Of a DNA stretch of 64,000 nt, positions 37,762 to 51,557 are shown piece by piece (the first letter of the stretch is position 1; each line of letters starts with the position of its first letter). The stretch spans positions 26,662,001 through 26,726,000 of the forward strand of contig CM119372.1 of assembly GCA_051294905.1 (NCBI GenBank). The letters run 5' to 3'. This DNA is from Botryllus schlosseri (lineage: Eukaryota). The notes under the pieces are model-generated. The model worked only from the letters and a program-made list of their open reading frames with translations. It ran no database searches and was not told where the DNA came from. A program made the translations under genes and the position numbers.

Positions 37762-40700
37762 CAGACATGGGGTAATCATGATTAGTAGGGCGGTTTTTTT
37801 TGACATGTCAAAATTTGTCAAAATTTTGTCAAAATTGTAGCGTTAGGTCAAAATTTGTCAAAATTTTTCATAAAATTAAAAAAAATTTGACGTCTTCATT
37901 TTGTTTGTATCGTAGATTTAGCACTGTCAGTGAACTTATAATTTGATGTTTTACCGCTTTTAGCCTATTTTATAGGCCTACCGTTGTAAACGGCTAATCG
38001 TCTGCTCATTGTGAATCATAAACGGTAAAAAAAATAATAGGTAGACATGGTGTTATGGTCAATGTACCGCAATATCCTAACTGAAGAAAGACTTCTTGTG
38101 CATTGCATCATTCTTATATTAAGAAGCGCATGATGAAAAATTGTGATGTATACAACATTGTCAGAATGAAGCAACACGGTGTGTCACCAGCACCAGCAGT
38201 GTACGCACAACTTGAGTGTTGTCGGCCAACAACTGCTGCTGTTGAACGTCCTTGACAAGGTTCTTAGTATGGAAGTGCACTTTCTACCCAAGAATGTAGG
38301 AAAGCATCTCTCGTTGTACTACAAAACATTTTAATTATTTCTACCATAATACATATTGTAACCACTGGAATTCTTCATAGGGCCAGATTTCGTTAAAATA
38401 TTGTTTTTTTTTTCATGTAAAGACATGCCTGTTTCTAAGCCAAAAACGTTTTTTCAGGCCAAACTACTTCGTTAGGACAGTCAGTTCAAACCAGAAATGA
38501 AGATAAGTGGTGCAATTTTAACATTATGTGGGAAAACACCTAATTTGCATACGTTAGGTCAAAATTTGGTCAAAATTCAGTTCTTTTAGGTCAAAAAAAG
38601 TCAAAATTTGGATTTTTTTGGTCAAAACTTTCTTTTTTTTAGGTAAAAAAAAACCGCCCTAATGATTAGTAATCGTAATCGATTACGACGATTACAGCAT
38701 TTTCAAGTAATCGTAATCGCAATCGATTACATTCGAAAAAAATCAGAAGTAATCGTAATCGTAATCAATTATTTCGCATATCTAATCGACTGGTTTGTGA
38801 AAGAACAATTACTTCTTACTTGTAAAAGGACTATGACAACTGACTATTCGTGAAGAAGGGAGAGTGCAATATGATATAAGGTTATAGATCGCCGAAATGT
38901 AGGATTTGCAACCTCCACTGCTCAATATTATCTCAGTATTAGCTTTGCTCGTCATTGCGTAACGAATTACCAACAAGTAGTAAATAGACACTCGATGTGT
39001 ACATGTAATATAGTGCAATTGTATAAGAATTACGCATGTCGCTACGTTACGCATGTTCTTTGTTCAACTGCCAGGAATATTATTCTTATGTGGCCATACT
39101 TGAAACGAGCATCAATCGTTAATTCGCAATTCTTTACTCAACATTTGGATCTTCAACCATCTACAAGCAGCGGTTCCAAACCGCCGGTCCGTGGCAAGTT
39201 TCCTGCCGGTCCGCAATAGACATTCGAATTTTATATCTCAATTCCAAAATGCGCGAAGATGGACGCTGATGACGATGAATGAGGGAAATAAAACATCGAA
39301 TTGTAAATTTACTGAGAAGTTATATGAGGAAGCTGCGGAAGACTTTCTAACAAACGTCGTTAAATTCCGACAGTGCAAATAAGCGATACTCGCTGTAGAA
39401 TAAGGCCTGGCAAACAGCATCTAATGTTTCAAAGGATACCGAAAAATCACGATCAGTTTAGTTGTGTTTAGCAGGACTTCGCAAGCCTCGCCTTGCGTAA
39501 ACTTCAACAGAATCACTCATAAATATTTGAAGGTTTACCGGTCAGAGACATTTTTACTTTGAAGTTTTACCAGTCCACGAGGTCACAAAAGGTTTAGAAC
39601 CACTGTGAATCTATACCATATTAGGGTGGGTTGTAGCCAGAATCAGGACTGATACACAACTTCGTCAACCCTTTCCCTAAACATTGGTCTTGTACCCTCA
39701 TAGGATTAGCAGACCCTACTTAATGTTGCTCTTGCACCCCCATAAGGTGAATATTCAAACTTCTGATTCATGACTGAATTTCGTCAATAACATTGGTAAA
39801 TTATTAATATTAATATAGATGGTAAAAATGAAGTGTTGCATATCACCATGAAAGGTCTGGTAGGCCTATACCCCGTGGAAAGTTAATTGTAAAGAATAGT
39901 CAATTCAGGACAAATACATATGAAAGGGTTGAATAAGTCACAGCAAGACGTGACAAGAGTCAACGAATTCGGTGACAGCATTTAAGAAATTGCGGGTTAA
40001 TTAGAAAATTATATGTAGTGGACGAGATATTCAGTCCCTCACAGTAGGCTACTGTTTTACCATATGTCTATGGTGAGCGTATTTACAACATGATAAAAGA
40101 AATTGATCGATAGTATCTGGTACAACATTGATAAATGAATATATTACTATTTATTTTTGATCGTCTCACATACCATGTGTTCAGATTTACCGGTAGAGCA
40201 AAGAGAGGTGGTAACTGCGAAAATTTAGAACACGTAATTAATAATTCCATCATATTCGGACGTGTCCGTTATTATTATTAATTTGTTGCATGCTATTGAT
40301 TCGTGACCTCTTGTCTGCTATACAGTTAAAAGATATTGGAGTCGCCCAACCTTAGCTGACTGAACTAAAAGAAAAACTTCTTTCGTGACATGCAGACATA
40401 AATTGTCGTTTCTTCACGTGCGCATCATTTCCTCTGATGGCAGGACAGGACTATATTCCTCACACCAATTGAGTGCGGCTATGGACAATGGATATATTTT
40501 GACAGAAAGTTTCGGCCAGGGTCGTTAGGGGCGATAAATCGTCAGCTACAAAGTTGAGCAATGGTCATATTGTGACGTAACACGCAAATGACGTAACATT
40601 GAAAATTATTTTTGTTCTCTCACGAGGTCATCTCATCGCTATCGTTATATTGTCTTCGAATATAGTCGTAATCGTAATCGACTCCTTCCAGATTTTGTTG

Positions 40701-40787
40701 TAATCGTAATCGACATCGTAATCGCGTGATTAAGAAGTAATCGTAATCCCAATCGATCGCATTCATGAAGTAATCACCCCATGTCCG
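37762..40787. mobile_element. hAT-type element (CAGACATGGGG family), second copy
   Basis: Same termini as 16266-19838; perfect TSD GTTCCAAC. Confidence 0.9.
37786..38661 (+). mobile_element. hAT deletion derivative with a transposase C-terminal relic, nested next to the left TIR of 37762
   Basis: TIR TAGGGCGGTTTTTTT; perfect TSD ATGATTAG; YAQLECCRPTTAAVER at about 38200-38250; gtcaaaa subterminal repeats. Confidence 0.85.
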
Positions 40788-41571
40788 GTTCCAACCGTTC
40801 CATATCGTATGCTTCGACAATAACGGGTGCAAATCGTCCGTAAGCGCATACTAAATGTACAAGAAATTAGTGTGCAGGATTAGCCAGCTACGGGGTGGAT
40901 ATTGACATGATTTTATCAGTTTTGGCCGGAGCCGACAGAAACAGAATTGGAGCTGGACTTGCTGAGTTGCCCCGCATTAGTAGATAGTATTTTAGAATGC
41001 GAATGAGAATGAACTATGATTCGATATGAACTGAACTTGATTCAAGGTCCATGTTTTCGCGAATTCAGTAGTTCTAATTCTAATCTAATTTCGAAAAGTT
41101 GAAAATTTTCTAATTGCCCAGTTCAAGAATGTACGAGAGGATAATAAATTTGTTATAATGCGATTGATTGCTAATGCTTGTGATGATATAATGAGCAATG
41201 GGATTTAAAAATCTGACATTTCTACTGTCGATATGATACATCGGACTATTTCTTGTTCAGTTCATCCCTTTATACCATAAACAGTAGCCCTAATAAATGG
41301 TGAGCAGTCCCACCTTTACAGCTCAATCGATTATGCCTATGCAAAACAATCGATTACGGTCACTTTGAATTTTTAGATGTAATCGATTACAATTACTTGC
41401 AAATTCAGTAATCTTAACGAGAGATCAGGATTGCGAATCCCTATTATTTCATTTCTGTCGAGAACAATAGTGCTTTCATAATGAGATTGATTAAGTAACA
41501 CGATTCATATCATACCTTTATTCATTCCTGTAAAGCTATCAGTCTATTCAGCTAGATACGTTGAAAACACA

Positions 41572-41623
41572 ATGAAAATGATGTTTTCTGTAGCCTGCCT
41601 GTTATGGATGTGCCTTGGATCAG
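41572..41623 (+). CDS. Ly6/uPAR (three-finger)-like GPI-anchored protein, exon 1 (signal peptide)
   Basis: MKMMFSVACLLWMCLGS followed by a phase-1 donor G|gtacg. Confidence 0.75.
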
Positions 41624-42512
41624 GTACGTTCTAATAATTTCACTGCTTCAATCAAACAATTCGTGAGTCATTTGGCCATGTCATTTTACCATGTTGTTAG
41701 ACCTGGAACTTGGACTGATGTCTTCGCTCTTCATGATTGGTGGAAGGGAGCAATTACTTAGGGTAGGCCTTCTTTACCAAGAAGAAATCTCATGGAATAT
41801 TAGCAATATGATAAAACGCGGTATAACCTTGGAACTGACAGAAACGTCACTAACAGTTCCGTGTCCGTCAGGTATTAAAGGAGCACTGCACTCTATTCAG
41901 TGGTCGGCAACCTTTTTAGACGCGACGCCAATTGAACGGAAAAGAAAACCATCATATACACGTTTTATATTTCGATACAGAGAAAATCATTCGAACGAAT
42001 AATGAAATAAAGTATTATGAGTTGCGTAGGCAGCAATGCAGGGAAATGTAACTGCACTAAAGTATTTACAAATTTCAAGTAACATATGAACTTGATTTCA
42101 CCAACACAGAATGTCAACGTTTAAAGTGCAATGTCAATGCGATAGTTGCTACTACGTGCTCCACCAGTTTCCGGCCCGCGGCTTGAGTTTTCATAAGTTT
42201 AGTGTAGGGTTACCATAAGTCCTCTATTTTCAAGAAATCTTGTATGTCCTCGATTTTGGAAGTTCTTCCTCCTTTATAGCTTTGACAGCCAGGCTAGGGG
42301 CCGGCCGAACTAAAAAACGACATGAATGACACGTCATCTGCAATGTGGACGTTCGAGCGGTACACATTTTGGAATCAGCACTTTTCTCGTCCGGTAATCT
42401 AACTTTTATGATTTGTAAAAGTGTCCTCATTTCCGGATTCCAAAATATGGTAACCCTACTTATTAGTTTTATCTCTATCGTGATCACTTTGATATATACA
42501 CAATTGCACATA

Positions 42513-45500
42513 CACTGTAAAAAATAAAAACCTCGATTTACCGCGAAATGTTTGGAAGCACGGTAGCCAGACATTTCGTGGTAATCTAACATTACCGTTA
42601 GTCAATGCAAATTCAACTTACACTCGTCCAGTGATCTCACTTTACACGCCAGACTGTAATGTTACAGTCCCCTCCGGGTATATCCAATCTACATGTTCTC
42701 CTGTACATTTGAGAGCGAGACCGCCTACCTACCTACCTACCTACATGCTGTCCCTGCAAATCAGGATACATACCAGCTTGTAAATTAACGTACGTTCATC
42801 CATACCTATGGCAAAGCAACCCGATGCTAAAATATCGCAAAATTTTCTGCACACTTCCAAAACGACAGTGGAACAAACTGTATATTCATTCATGATATCA
42901 CGATGAAGGGGTAATCGATGGAAAAGTATTGCTGCTGGAGGTCTAATTCTTCTTCAGGAGACATGCAGTAACACGAGTGGTTGCAAGAAAAGATGAATTA
43001 ATTCCACCGCCGGCGAAACTTCAAATTATTTCTTTTTCTCGTCCTCATTCCTTCTGTGTAACTAGTATCTTGCAGTTCCACTAAAAAGAATTCATGAGTA
43101 AGTCGCTATATAAAGCAAAGTTCCTAACCTAGACATGACATTATAAAGACTACTAAGACAAATAGGCTAACAAAAATATAAGGTAACATGTTTTGAAGTA
43201 CCGGTACTGGTACATTGTGTGATGAAGGCTCCGCCTTGTACATGATATAGCAGAGATTCATGACTTAGTTTATCTAATGTATTGAAGCAAAAGGTTCCTC
43301 ACCAATTCCACTCTGGATATGAGGTGGCATGTGTGCCAAACAAATCCGGCAGTGGATGAAAACATCTCTATGCTATGGCCCGAAAATGACATAAACAAGC
43401 CAACAGTTTCAACTCCTCCGCGGCGGAGTATGTGGTGTCACAGGTCACTATATAAGTCGACTAGTATCCCAAAATAGAATAGAGAATGCGGAGAATGAAA
43501 TATTTCAATCATGAAATCAAAGTGGTGTGCACATTGCACAGTCGCAGATATTCACGGTAACAAATACTATGTCGTACTGTACCTTTAACGATGCGTATCC
43601 CATTCAGCGTTCCTAGGAATCTCCCACGATCGTGTCCGCTTTCTTCAAGCACAACAAACTTCGCTCCACCCTTTGCTCAAATCTCAATAATGGCCAGATA
43701 ACGATACGACACTTGAACGATTTCGAAATACGTCGTATTCATCCGCTGACATGCCACCAATAATATTTGCTGGCCACGTTATAATGTTTGACTTAGGTTA
43801 TTTCTCTTTCATACAGACACATTTATCATGACATATAGTTCCTTTCTTTTCCATCTAATTTCGTATAAATTGATATTTATCCCAAGTGTTGTTCACTACT
43901 TACTGTACTTACTAAACGAGACGCTCCTTGTGATGTCACAGTTGTGCGTTGGCTGTTTACTACGAATCTCAGAAAACCAGTAACGCGTAACGGTATCCTA
44001 TTGTAACCTATTATAGGTCGCCTTGTCCGCCATTAGCAAATGGTCAACTGAGCATGCGGTGCTGATATTTCTAGTTTCCCGAACAATATTATACATCCTA
44101 AACTGATTTTCTAACTTATCAGCCGTATCCGTAACAACGAACGTAACCAGCGAGAACGGCCGTATAGCCATATAGCCTTATAATATAATATAATGGCTAT
44201 GGTGTAACTACATTAGCTACGATTGTCAGTTGTTTCTTGTACCCTACTATGTACTATACTAAAATTGGTACTAGGGCCAACAATTTCCGTACGACAGACC
44301 CCAGTTTCGCGAACGAGGATGAATCAAGTCAAATCACCTCGAGAATGAAATATCAGTAACATTCATTTCCCCGTATATATTGGCTGCAACGATTATGAAG
44401 CTAATCAATCTTCCCAATTGCCTGATAAACTGCAGTTACGAGTAGGGGAGATGTGGTACCGATGGATCAAAAATTGGAAAATGATCACTGGCCCCAAAAT
44501 GTTCTGCCGAAAACAGCAGATCTTTTGCTGGCTCAGCACTTTGATACAAGCACTACCTATCGCGCACATATACATGAATATCTGTCTTTTCAAAAAATAT
44601 TTATGGATGTTCAAAATTCGTTGCTCGAACGTATCATCGGTCCCCACCCGGTGGGTCCAATGGCACACGACCCGGGGACCTATGAGACATATACCCTGAA
44701 AAACTCAGATGTGGCACATTTTCTTGCTCAGTATTATAATCTAAGCTACCGCAAGCCAAAAAAGAATGTTTGGTCGCAACCGTCAAAAAATACAATAAAT
44801 ATCAACTCAAATGTTGTCATAAAATCACGTTTCGATTTAGGCTCGAACTTATAAATTTGAGGGTACATACATATTGCCCGAAAATCGACAGTGTGACTTC
44901 CAAATACCTCGTTAAAGCGATAAAACATCATATGCAATTATTACATAAATATGTTCTGTACGTAGGCATGTTTCATTTGTTTCCTGACTAGTATGCTTGA
45001 TTATTTTGCTTGATTTGGCTATTGTATCATCGGTCCCCACCCTACGAATTTTATACATGAATCGAAAAAAATTCCACCCAAGTAAGGTACTGAAAAAAAT
45101 AATAGGTGCCATTATATTGCCTGATACAAGCCCTACACTTCACAATAAAAACGATTGCTGGTTTGTTCGTGCTGAAGGTTACAAAGAAAAATGTATATGT
45201 CGATCTAAATTTAGTTTACACCCCCAAAAACAAAAAACATCTGTGAGAGACCCCAGAGCCCGCGCAAGTCGAATTTTTTTGTACGTGAGGAAAGATTTTG
45301 CCAGCATGCAATTGTAGACAGGTTCACGAAGTGTAATCATGAAATTATCATAGAGAATTTTCAAAGTATTTTCGGTCCCAGTGATCCATCGGTACCACAT
45401 CTCCCCTAACTGTCAGTAATTTTGCGAAGAAATTCTGGTAACTTGACTTACAGCTAAACTAAGGTAATATTACATATCAAAATGTAAAATTACAAGCTAC

Positions 45501-45581
45501 GCACAGTTATTGGCTGCGACCGGTAATTCGTTGTAAAATTGACAGAGATTTCCCAGTAAATCTACCAGATTTTTTACAGTG
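42513..45581. mobile_element. CACTG-terminated, TA-flanked element in intron 1 (different family from 4315/26283)
   Basis: TIR CACTGTAAAAAAT; TA on both sides. Confidence 0.8.
44445..45406. mobile_element. TA-flanked MITE nested in 42513-45581
   Basis: 25-bp TIR GGGGAGATGTGGTACCGATGGATCA; TA on both sides. Confidence 0.85.
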
Positions 45582-46297
45582 TACATATTGCTGCAGGCAG
45601 AGTACAATGGTGCAGTATTGAAAAAATAGCTGCAGTTCGAACACGGTATTATTGCCAGCGCTTGTGAACGGATTTAATATGTGACGGTGAAGATTTCGTG
45701 CCATAAATTTTGTCAACGGGCTAAGAAACGATGACGCACAACAGCGACAGCTGGAGCGTGAAGTTGCTATCGAAATTTCAATAAATTGCAGTTCCATTAC
45801 GCGGTGGCGTTCTGAAGTAAATGGCTGCGGCCAAATTTTTTTCTTCGTTCTGCCCTTCTATTTGAGACCACATCCTTTTTTGAGTGCAGTGCCCGTTTGA
45901 GTTGAGAGTATTGCGCTACGCGACAGTTGAACATGACAAGTGTTTCCCACACCACAGAAATAAAAGAGTAATTTCGGTTAATAGGCTACATGACGATTGC
46001 TTCATGAAATTGGTATGCGATGAGCAAATGAGCGGAAAAGCGTGGTCAGTGATCACGGATGAAATCACAAAAGTGATCGTCTGTGATGTTTATGTGAGAT
46101 GTCGATATATAATAATATGCACTGATATGCCTGAGCATTGAGAAACACTGAACAAGTACGCATACGTCAAAATCGTTCAATTTTCGTTCCCATTTTAGTA
46201 GTATATTTTCAATACCCAGTTCATAGTTGTCTGAAAGTCAACATTTCTGTATCTGTCTCGTCAAGACTTTCAATTGATTATATGGTTCTACTTTCAG

Positions 46298-46393
46298 TTA
46301 GTGGACTACAATGTTACACTGGAGTGTCGTCAAGCTACCAATTGACTTACTGTCCGTATTCCGTAACTCAGTGTGTCAAGCTTACAGCATTCG
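46298..46393 (+). CDS. Ly6/three-finger-like protein, exon 2
   Basis: ttcag|(V)SGLQCYTGVSSSYQLTYCPYSVTQCVKLTAF|gtgag; 96 nt, phase 1-1. Confidence 0.85.
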
Positions 46394-46499
46394 GTGAGAT
46401 GTTATTACTATTATATTCTTTATTCACAGTAAAACTGGTAAATACACACATAAACCAGGGAGCAACCTGCCCCCTAAGGAAAATGTCGAGATAAGAGTA

Positions 46500-46930
46500 A
46501 TTTTTTAAAATTTCAGTAATACAGTCAAATTGTTATTTCTATATGCAATACATGAAGATGTCAGATTACAGAATTGCAGTAGAGGTAAAGGTTGCAGTGC
46601 AGAGGTAAAGATGATTGAAAATGAAGAATCGAAATTACAGAAATTATGCCGTGATTATACGTGCACAAAGGTGTAATTTTAGTCCAGCGGTGCATTCAAG
46701 GCCGCCCGAAGAACATGCACCGTGCCCAATAAGGTGATCTTTTGGATCATGTTGAATTGAACGTTTCCGGGAATCTGTTGAATATGTCTCATGAGTTTTT
46801 TGCTTACGACCCCTGTAGTGCCAATGACTGTCGACACAATGTTTATTCTGCATCGCCACATTTTTTCACATTCCATTTTGTGGTCTGCGTATTTTGATTG
46901 TTTTTCTGATTCCTTTTGTAGTATGTTTTG
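46500..46930 (-). mobile_element. 5'-truncated non-LTR retrotransposon (restriction-like endonuclease clade, R4/Dong-like C-terminus)
   Basis: EKQSKYADHKMECEKMW...VSTVIGTTGVVSKKL...IQKITLLGTVHVLRAALN. Confidence 0.7.
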
Positions 46931-47232
46931 ATTATTAATATTGTTATTGCACAGCAACGACAGTACGCCTATCGCCTGTTCAGGTCTTGTGCGCTACAAT
47001 CTACGACAGTGCATTTGTTCAACTTGAGGGCCTTTGTTGGGTTATTGAGTTGCCGACTTAGGAGCTGGTTTCGCTGTTCCTCTGGGCTTTTCAAGACGCT
47101 GCGTCAACAGTAGGATCGGCGATGAGGAGCCCAGATAAATCTCCGACAAGTAGAAACATGGCAGATCATTAAAACAACTTAAGATGCATATTTAGTATAA
47201 AATGGATAATCATTTTATCTGTATGCTTCCAG

Positions 47233-47364
47233 ACAATACCATCAAGTCCTGTTTTGGCGCACCGTCCATCCCGGAATTGCCAGGATTTGATCTGAACTTG
47301 AACGACGGCTGCCAAGCGGTGAATACTGCACTGTATTCAGGCGAATATTGCCTCTGCTCTACCG
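47233..47364 (+). CDS. Ly6/three-finger-like protein, exon 3
   Basis: ttccag|(D)NTIKSCFGAPSIPELPGFDLNLNDGCQAVNTALYSGEYCLCST|gtatat; 132 nt, phase 1-1. Confidence 0.85.
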
Positions 47365-47509
47365 GTATATATGTAACATTCAACCACTACCACCAATAAT
47401 AATGCGTCTCGAAGCCCCATTTCGAATATGTTTGTTTTATTGACACATATAATTGGCGCTTTCAACAACTTGGTTATTTGCGCCCGCAGAGTAAATTTCA
47501 TAATGTAAT

Positions 47510-47711
47510 TTTGTCCACTAAGTCTTCGTCCGGCTCATTCGCTGCCTCCTTTCAAGAGTTCGGCTCTCTCTTCGTCTGATCTCTTCGGGATCGGCGATGA
47601 GGAGCCCAGATAAACCTCATACAGATAGAAACATGGCAGAGCCGAGGCTCGAACCATCAACCATTGATGTCGTGACTGCATTGTTTAACCAACTGCGCCA
47701 CTCGCTTCCCC
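47510..47711 (-). mobile_element. tRNA-derived SINE
   Basis: On the - strand, A box TGGCGCAGTTGG (47700-47689) and B box GGTTCGAGCC (47655-47646). Body shared with 47113-47165 (ggatcggcgatgaggagcccagataaa). Confidence 0.7.
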
Positions 47712-47871
47712 ATTTCTTATATGTCAGCAAAACGTCATTAACTGCTTTAATGTTTGAGCGATTCTAAGCTCCACTAAAGTCCAACACGAATACGTCACGA
47801 GTAGGCCTACCTGATTTTCCACACTAGAGCTGCGCCTAATACGAACAAGATTCACAAGACATTCCCTAGAG

Positions 47872-49034
47872 CAGAGTTCTCAAACTCAAATGTGCTCGCG
47901 GGCCAATTTCCTACTTTTTGATGTGGCCGCGGGCCGGGAATTCGATGTATTTCCGAGTAGGCTTTATTTGACGGGACCTTGCAGACTGACATTCCACACG
48001 CATCGTAAAAATGTGATTTACTATTGTGAATTCACGCCTGGTACGTAAAAAAGAACATTTTTAGATATTTGAGTAAAATTGTTCCTTTACTTGGCATAGT
48101 TTGTCAAAATAATTGGTACAAATGACTACAAACGCATAAGGACATCGTAAAAGCTGTCGCTGTACAAATCTGCAGCTAGTGGACATTTGACGTGCCGCAA
48201 TTATAGGTATAATTTTAGAATTTTACAAAGATTGATCTGATATCAGAGCATTGATGCAGTACAGTTTAATTCGGGTTTCGGGTATGCTCCTGATAACTAG
48301 GCTATTGATCACATCGTTGCCATAGTCAAATTAAATCAGCCTTAGATTTACCTTCTCTTATTTAAACAGATCAATAACAACTTGAATAAAATGATTACTG
48401 TGCCATACCAATCGAAATGTCCAATCCCCGGAGAATCCATTTGTGTTACACCTGTGAAGCGTAGGCTACGACGACTTTATACTCGCCTCATTTAATTGGC
48501 GATAAAACATGGATGAAGATACACAAGATGACGCAGCAAGGATGTAACCAACTATACATCAAAAGGGCAACATAATGCCAATGGTTGCCATACCGACCTG
48601 CTTAGATATCTAAATAAGCTACGATACGCAAGCTAAGCCCTTTTGATATTATCCATACCAGTTTGATAGTTTGTTGCGTCTGTGGTTGTACCAAGTCACG
48701 GCGTTCCGAGTCACAAAAGTACTTCTCTGACTGTATCTTTCGACGCGTCTCAACTCGAGCTATTTTTATTTTATCACCCATTGAGTCCGAGACTGAGTAA
48801 TTCTACAAAAGGTCGAGCCCAAGTACAAATCACAATATTGAGTACGAATCATCAACGGGTCATGTTTAACCATGAATTTTGATGAGTAGCTTCGGGCTCC
48901 TGGAGTAGTTTTAGAGCAAATTCTCAAATAAAAAATAAAAAATTGGTATGTAAATATTGTCGAATTCTTCGAAATCCAAAATGCCGTCGTGTGCCGCATC
49001 ATGTGGCCCGCGTGCCGCGTGTTTGAGACCTCTG
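47872..49034. mobile_element. hAT/Charlie-type element in intron 3
   Basis: CAGAGTTCTCAAAC...GTTTGAGACCTCTG; perfect TSD CCCTAGAG. A partial inverted relative lies at about 49933-50430. Confidence 0.9.
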
Positions 49035-49273
49035 CCCTAGAGCAACCACAAGATCAACAACGGTTCCAAGTGCACACCGGTATCATCAAGACAATAAACA
49101 AACTGAACTTAGCTCATTCTAACTGGAGATTTCATCGTCGTAAGACGAGACGCGTTGGCCACCCAGTGATATGTATCAAAGCCATCAGCCAGTAACGAAC
49201 CCAGCGCGTCTCTATGCTCTGACATCCGCGCGCTCAATTCCAAATTCTGATTTTCAAAACTATAACTACATCG

Positions 49274-50964
49274 CAGGGTTGTAACCAAGCATCAAGGTTT
49301 CGAGTCACAGGCCAATCTGACTTTTATAGTTTTGACTCGAGTCAAGTCGGGTCATTTTCAATTCACCACCGAGTCAAGTCCGAGTCCAAGTCAGCAAGGA
49401 GAGGGTCGAGTCCGAGTCTAAGTGTTTTTACTCGAGTCCGAGTCCAAGTCATCATGTTCACTGTTCAGTTTTCATTTTAATCCGGTTCAACCCACTTTTT
49501 CAACTCTACTCGACTGATATGGAATGGCAACAAAGTCATCACACATAAAAATTGGTTTGTAATCTCACTCACACACACAGTTTGTGCTCACTAAACCATC
49601 AAATCCAATTACTTTTATATTGTATGCCACAGTAGCGGCCATAAAACAGCTTACGTATGTCTTAAGGCCTATTTATAGTGTTCAAATGATATAATAGAAG
49701 CTGATCTTCATGCTTACTTAAAACTTTCCCCATCCGTATGGGGTCATAGGTCAGCACCACGTATAGCACTCAAAACCAGGCATGTATAACAGTTATATAT
49801 TTCTAGCGCAATATTGTCTTCACGAATTTTGGAAAGTAACATATCATATCATATGAAATCTGGATTGAAGGGGGACGTAGGCCTACCTGACACATTTTAG
49901 TCACTAATATTTTATTCGTAGTTTGTCTAGATTAGGGGTCTCAAACACGCGCCCGCGATATCAGTTTGTGCGACCCGCGTCGGCATTTTGAATTTTATTC
50001 GTCAATATTTAACTGCCACATATATTTTTTTACACTTGAGGCGTAAAATTCGCTCTAAAACTCAACCCAAAACCTGAAAGTACTCATCAAACTTCACTAA
50101 GACTTCATTATGACATCACTTTCAAATGTTACCATGCGGTGGAAGATCAGCTATTACGTCACGTTATCCGATCATGATTGTAAAACATGACCCGTTGATG
50201 ATTGGTGACTGGAAATTATGATTTAGACTTCAGCGTCAAATGTCCGCTAGCTGCAAATTATAACACGACAGCGTTTTACGATGTCATAATGCATTTGTAC
50301 GGTCGAATGGTGTCTAAAACTAATTATTTTGACAAACTATGCCAAGGACAACAACAATTTTATTCAAATATTTAGAAATGTAATTTTTTCCGTGCCAGGC
50401 GTGAATTCACAATAGTAAATCACATTTTCACGGCTGATTCAAATCAGTGCGATTTATTTCTGGTTTTAACTCTTGATTTTTTCAATATAATTCCACCGCG
50501 TTAACTTTATTGATTTGTTGCCGGTGTTTTATTTTCCGGAGAGATGCGTGCATGTGGTTTATTATTGGACAATCATGTGCATTGTATATGAACCGGACAT
50601 AGTTTTTCGCATCTAGAGACCACTCCAGATATCATCAATGATAATCACGATACATATGCTTATGTTAATGGAAAATTCCGTTTTGACTCAGCATTAGGGA
50701 TGATTCAAATCCAGTACCTGAGGGATTCGATTTTGAATCGAGTATTAGGCGTCTATAGTCAAGTATTCAGGTACCACACATGGAAAATTCAAATATGTAG
50801 TGAATAGTGTACATTTTATGCGACCACAAAAATATAATGCCAGTTTCACACCATGACTTGGGTGGGGTGGTGACTTGAAAATGACTCGACTTCACTCGAG
50901 TCAAAACTGTGAAAGTGAGATTGTCTTGCGACTCAGACCTTGTGACCTGGTTCTTACAACCCTG
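49274..50964. mobile_element. hAT-like element with gagtc/gactc subterminal repeats in intron 3
   Basis: TIR CAGGGTTGTAA / TTACAACCCTG; TSD not preserved. Related ends near 51837-52040 and 59080-59173. Confidence 0.65.
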
Positions 50965-51471
50965 CCCCAGTGCTCCAGCCATGCTCAACATGTCTGGGAA
51001 CGGGTTATTAATGGCGATTCTAACGATCCCTTATTGCCAGTGAGGTTGAACTATTTCAACGATGAGATAGGGATTCCGAGCCGTGCATTATTGAGATGAT
51101 ACGATATGCTGCATTACCGTGATTGTCATATGGTCGTCATTCATCCCATGTTCTTTTATTGTTTTTATTATGAGTAAAAAGCATAAAAATCAAAAAAGTA
51201 ATGATTTGAATTATTGATTCGATTAAAATCGATTTTTATCAGAGACAAAATGATTTCAACCAGAACCCCATAAAACATGTCGTGGTAGCAAAAATAAAGT
51301 GGAAGAAAAATACTGTTACGTAGTGTAGTCCTAGTCAACAAAAACGACATGCTCAGGTGGTTTTACGGTTCATATAGTTCCGACGTTAGGGAACGGCCGC
51401 CGTGGCCAGCACAAGGTGAACTCTATATCTGTTCACGTTACCCCGATGACCCAGGGTATTTTCCTTTTCAG

Positions 51472-51557
51472 ATGCTTGTAACGGATCTACGGCTTCGCAC
51501 ATCAGCAAAATGTTTGCTGCCCTTCTTTCCATCATCGCCGCCTATTTCGTGATGTGA
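51472..51557 (+). CDS. Ly6/three-finger-like protein, exon 4 (CN motif plus GPI-type tail)
   Basis: ttttcag|(D)ACNGSTASHISKMFAALLSIIAAYFVM*. Completes CLCSTDACN; small-residue omega region then a hydrophobic C-terminus. Confidence 0.85.

Noticed and set aside
39168..39605. Additional Charlie-like MITEs (also about 35872-36545, 41898, 42205-42458)
   Set aside because: TIR-like ends are visible but no matching TSD, so boundaries are unsupported; probably old copies.
42780..43760. Possible captured gene exons (- strand) in the intronic CACTG element
   Set aside because: Splice-like signals are present, but the frames I translated have stops and no recognisable motif.
47640..47711. tRNA gene
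   Set aside because: A and B boxes are present, but there is no convincing cloverleaf and it continues into a repeated body, so it is a SINE head.
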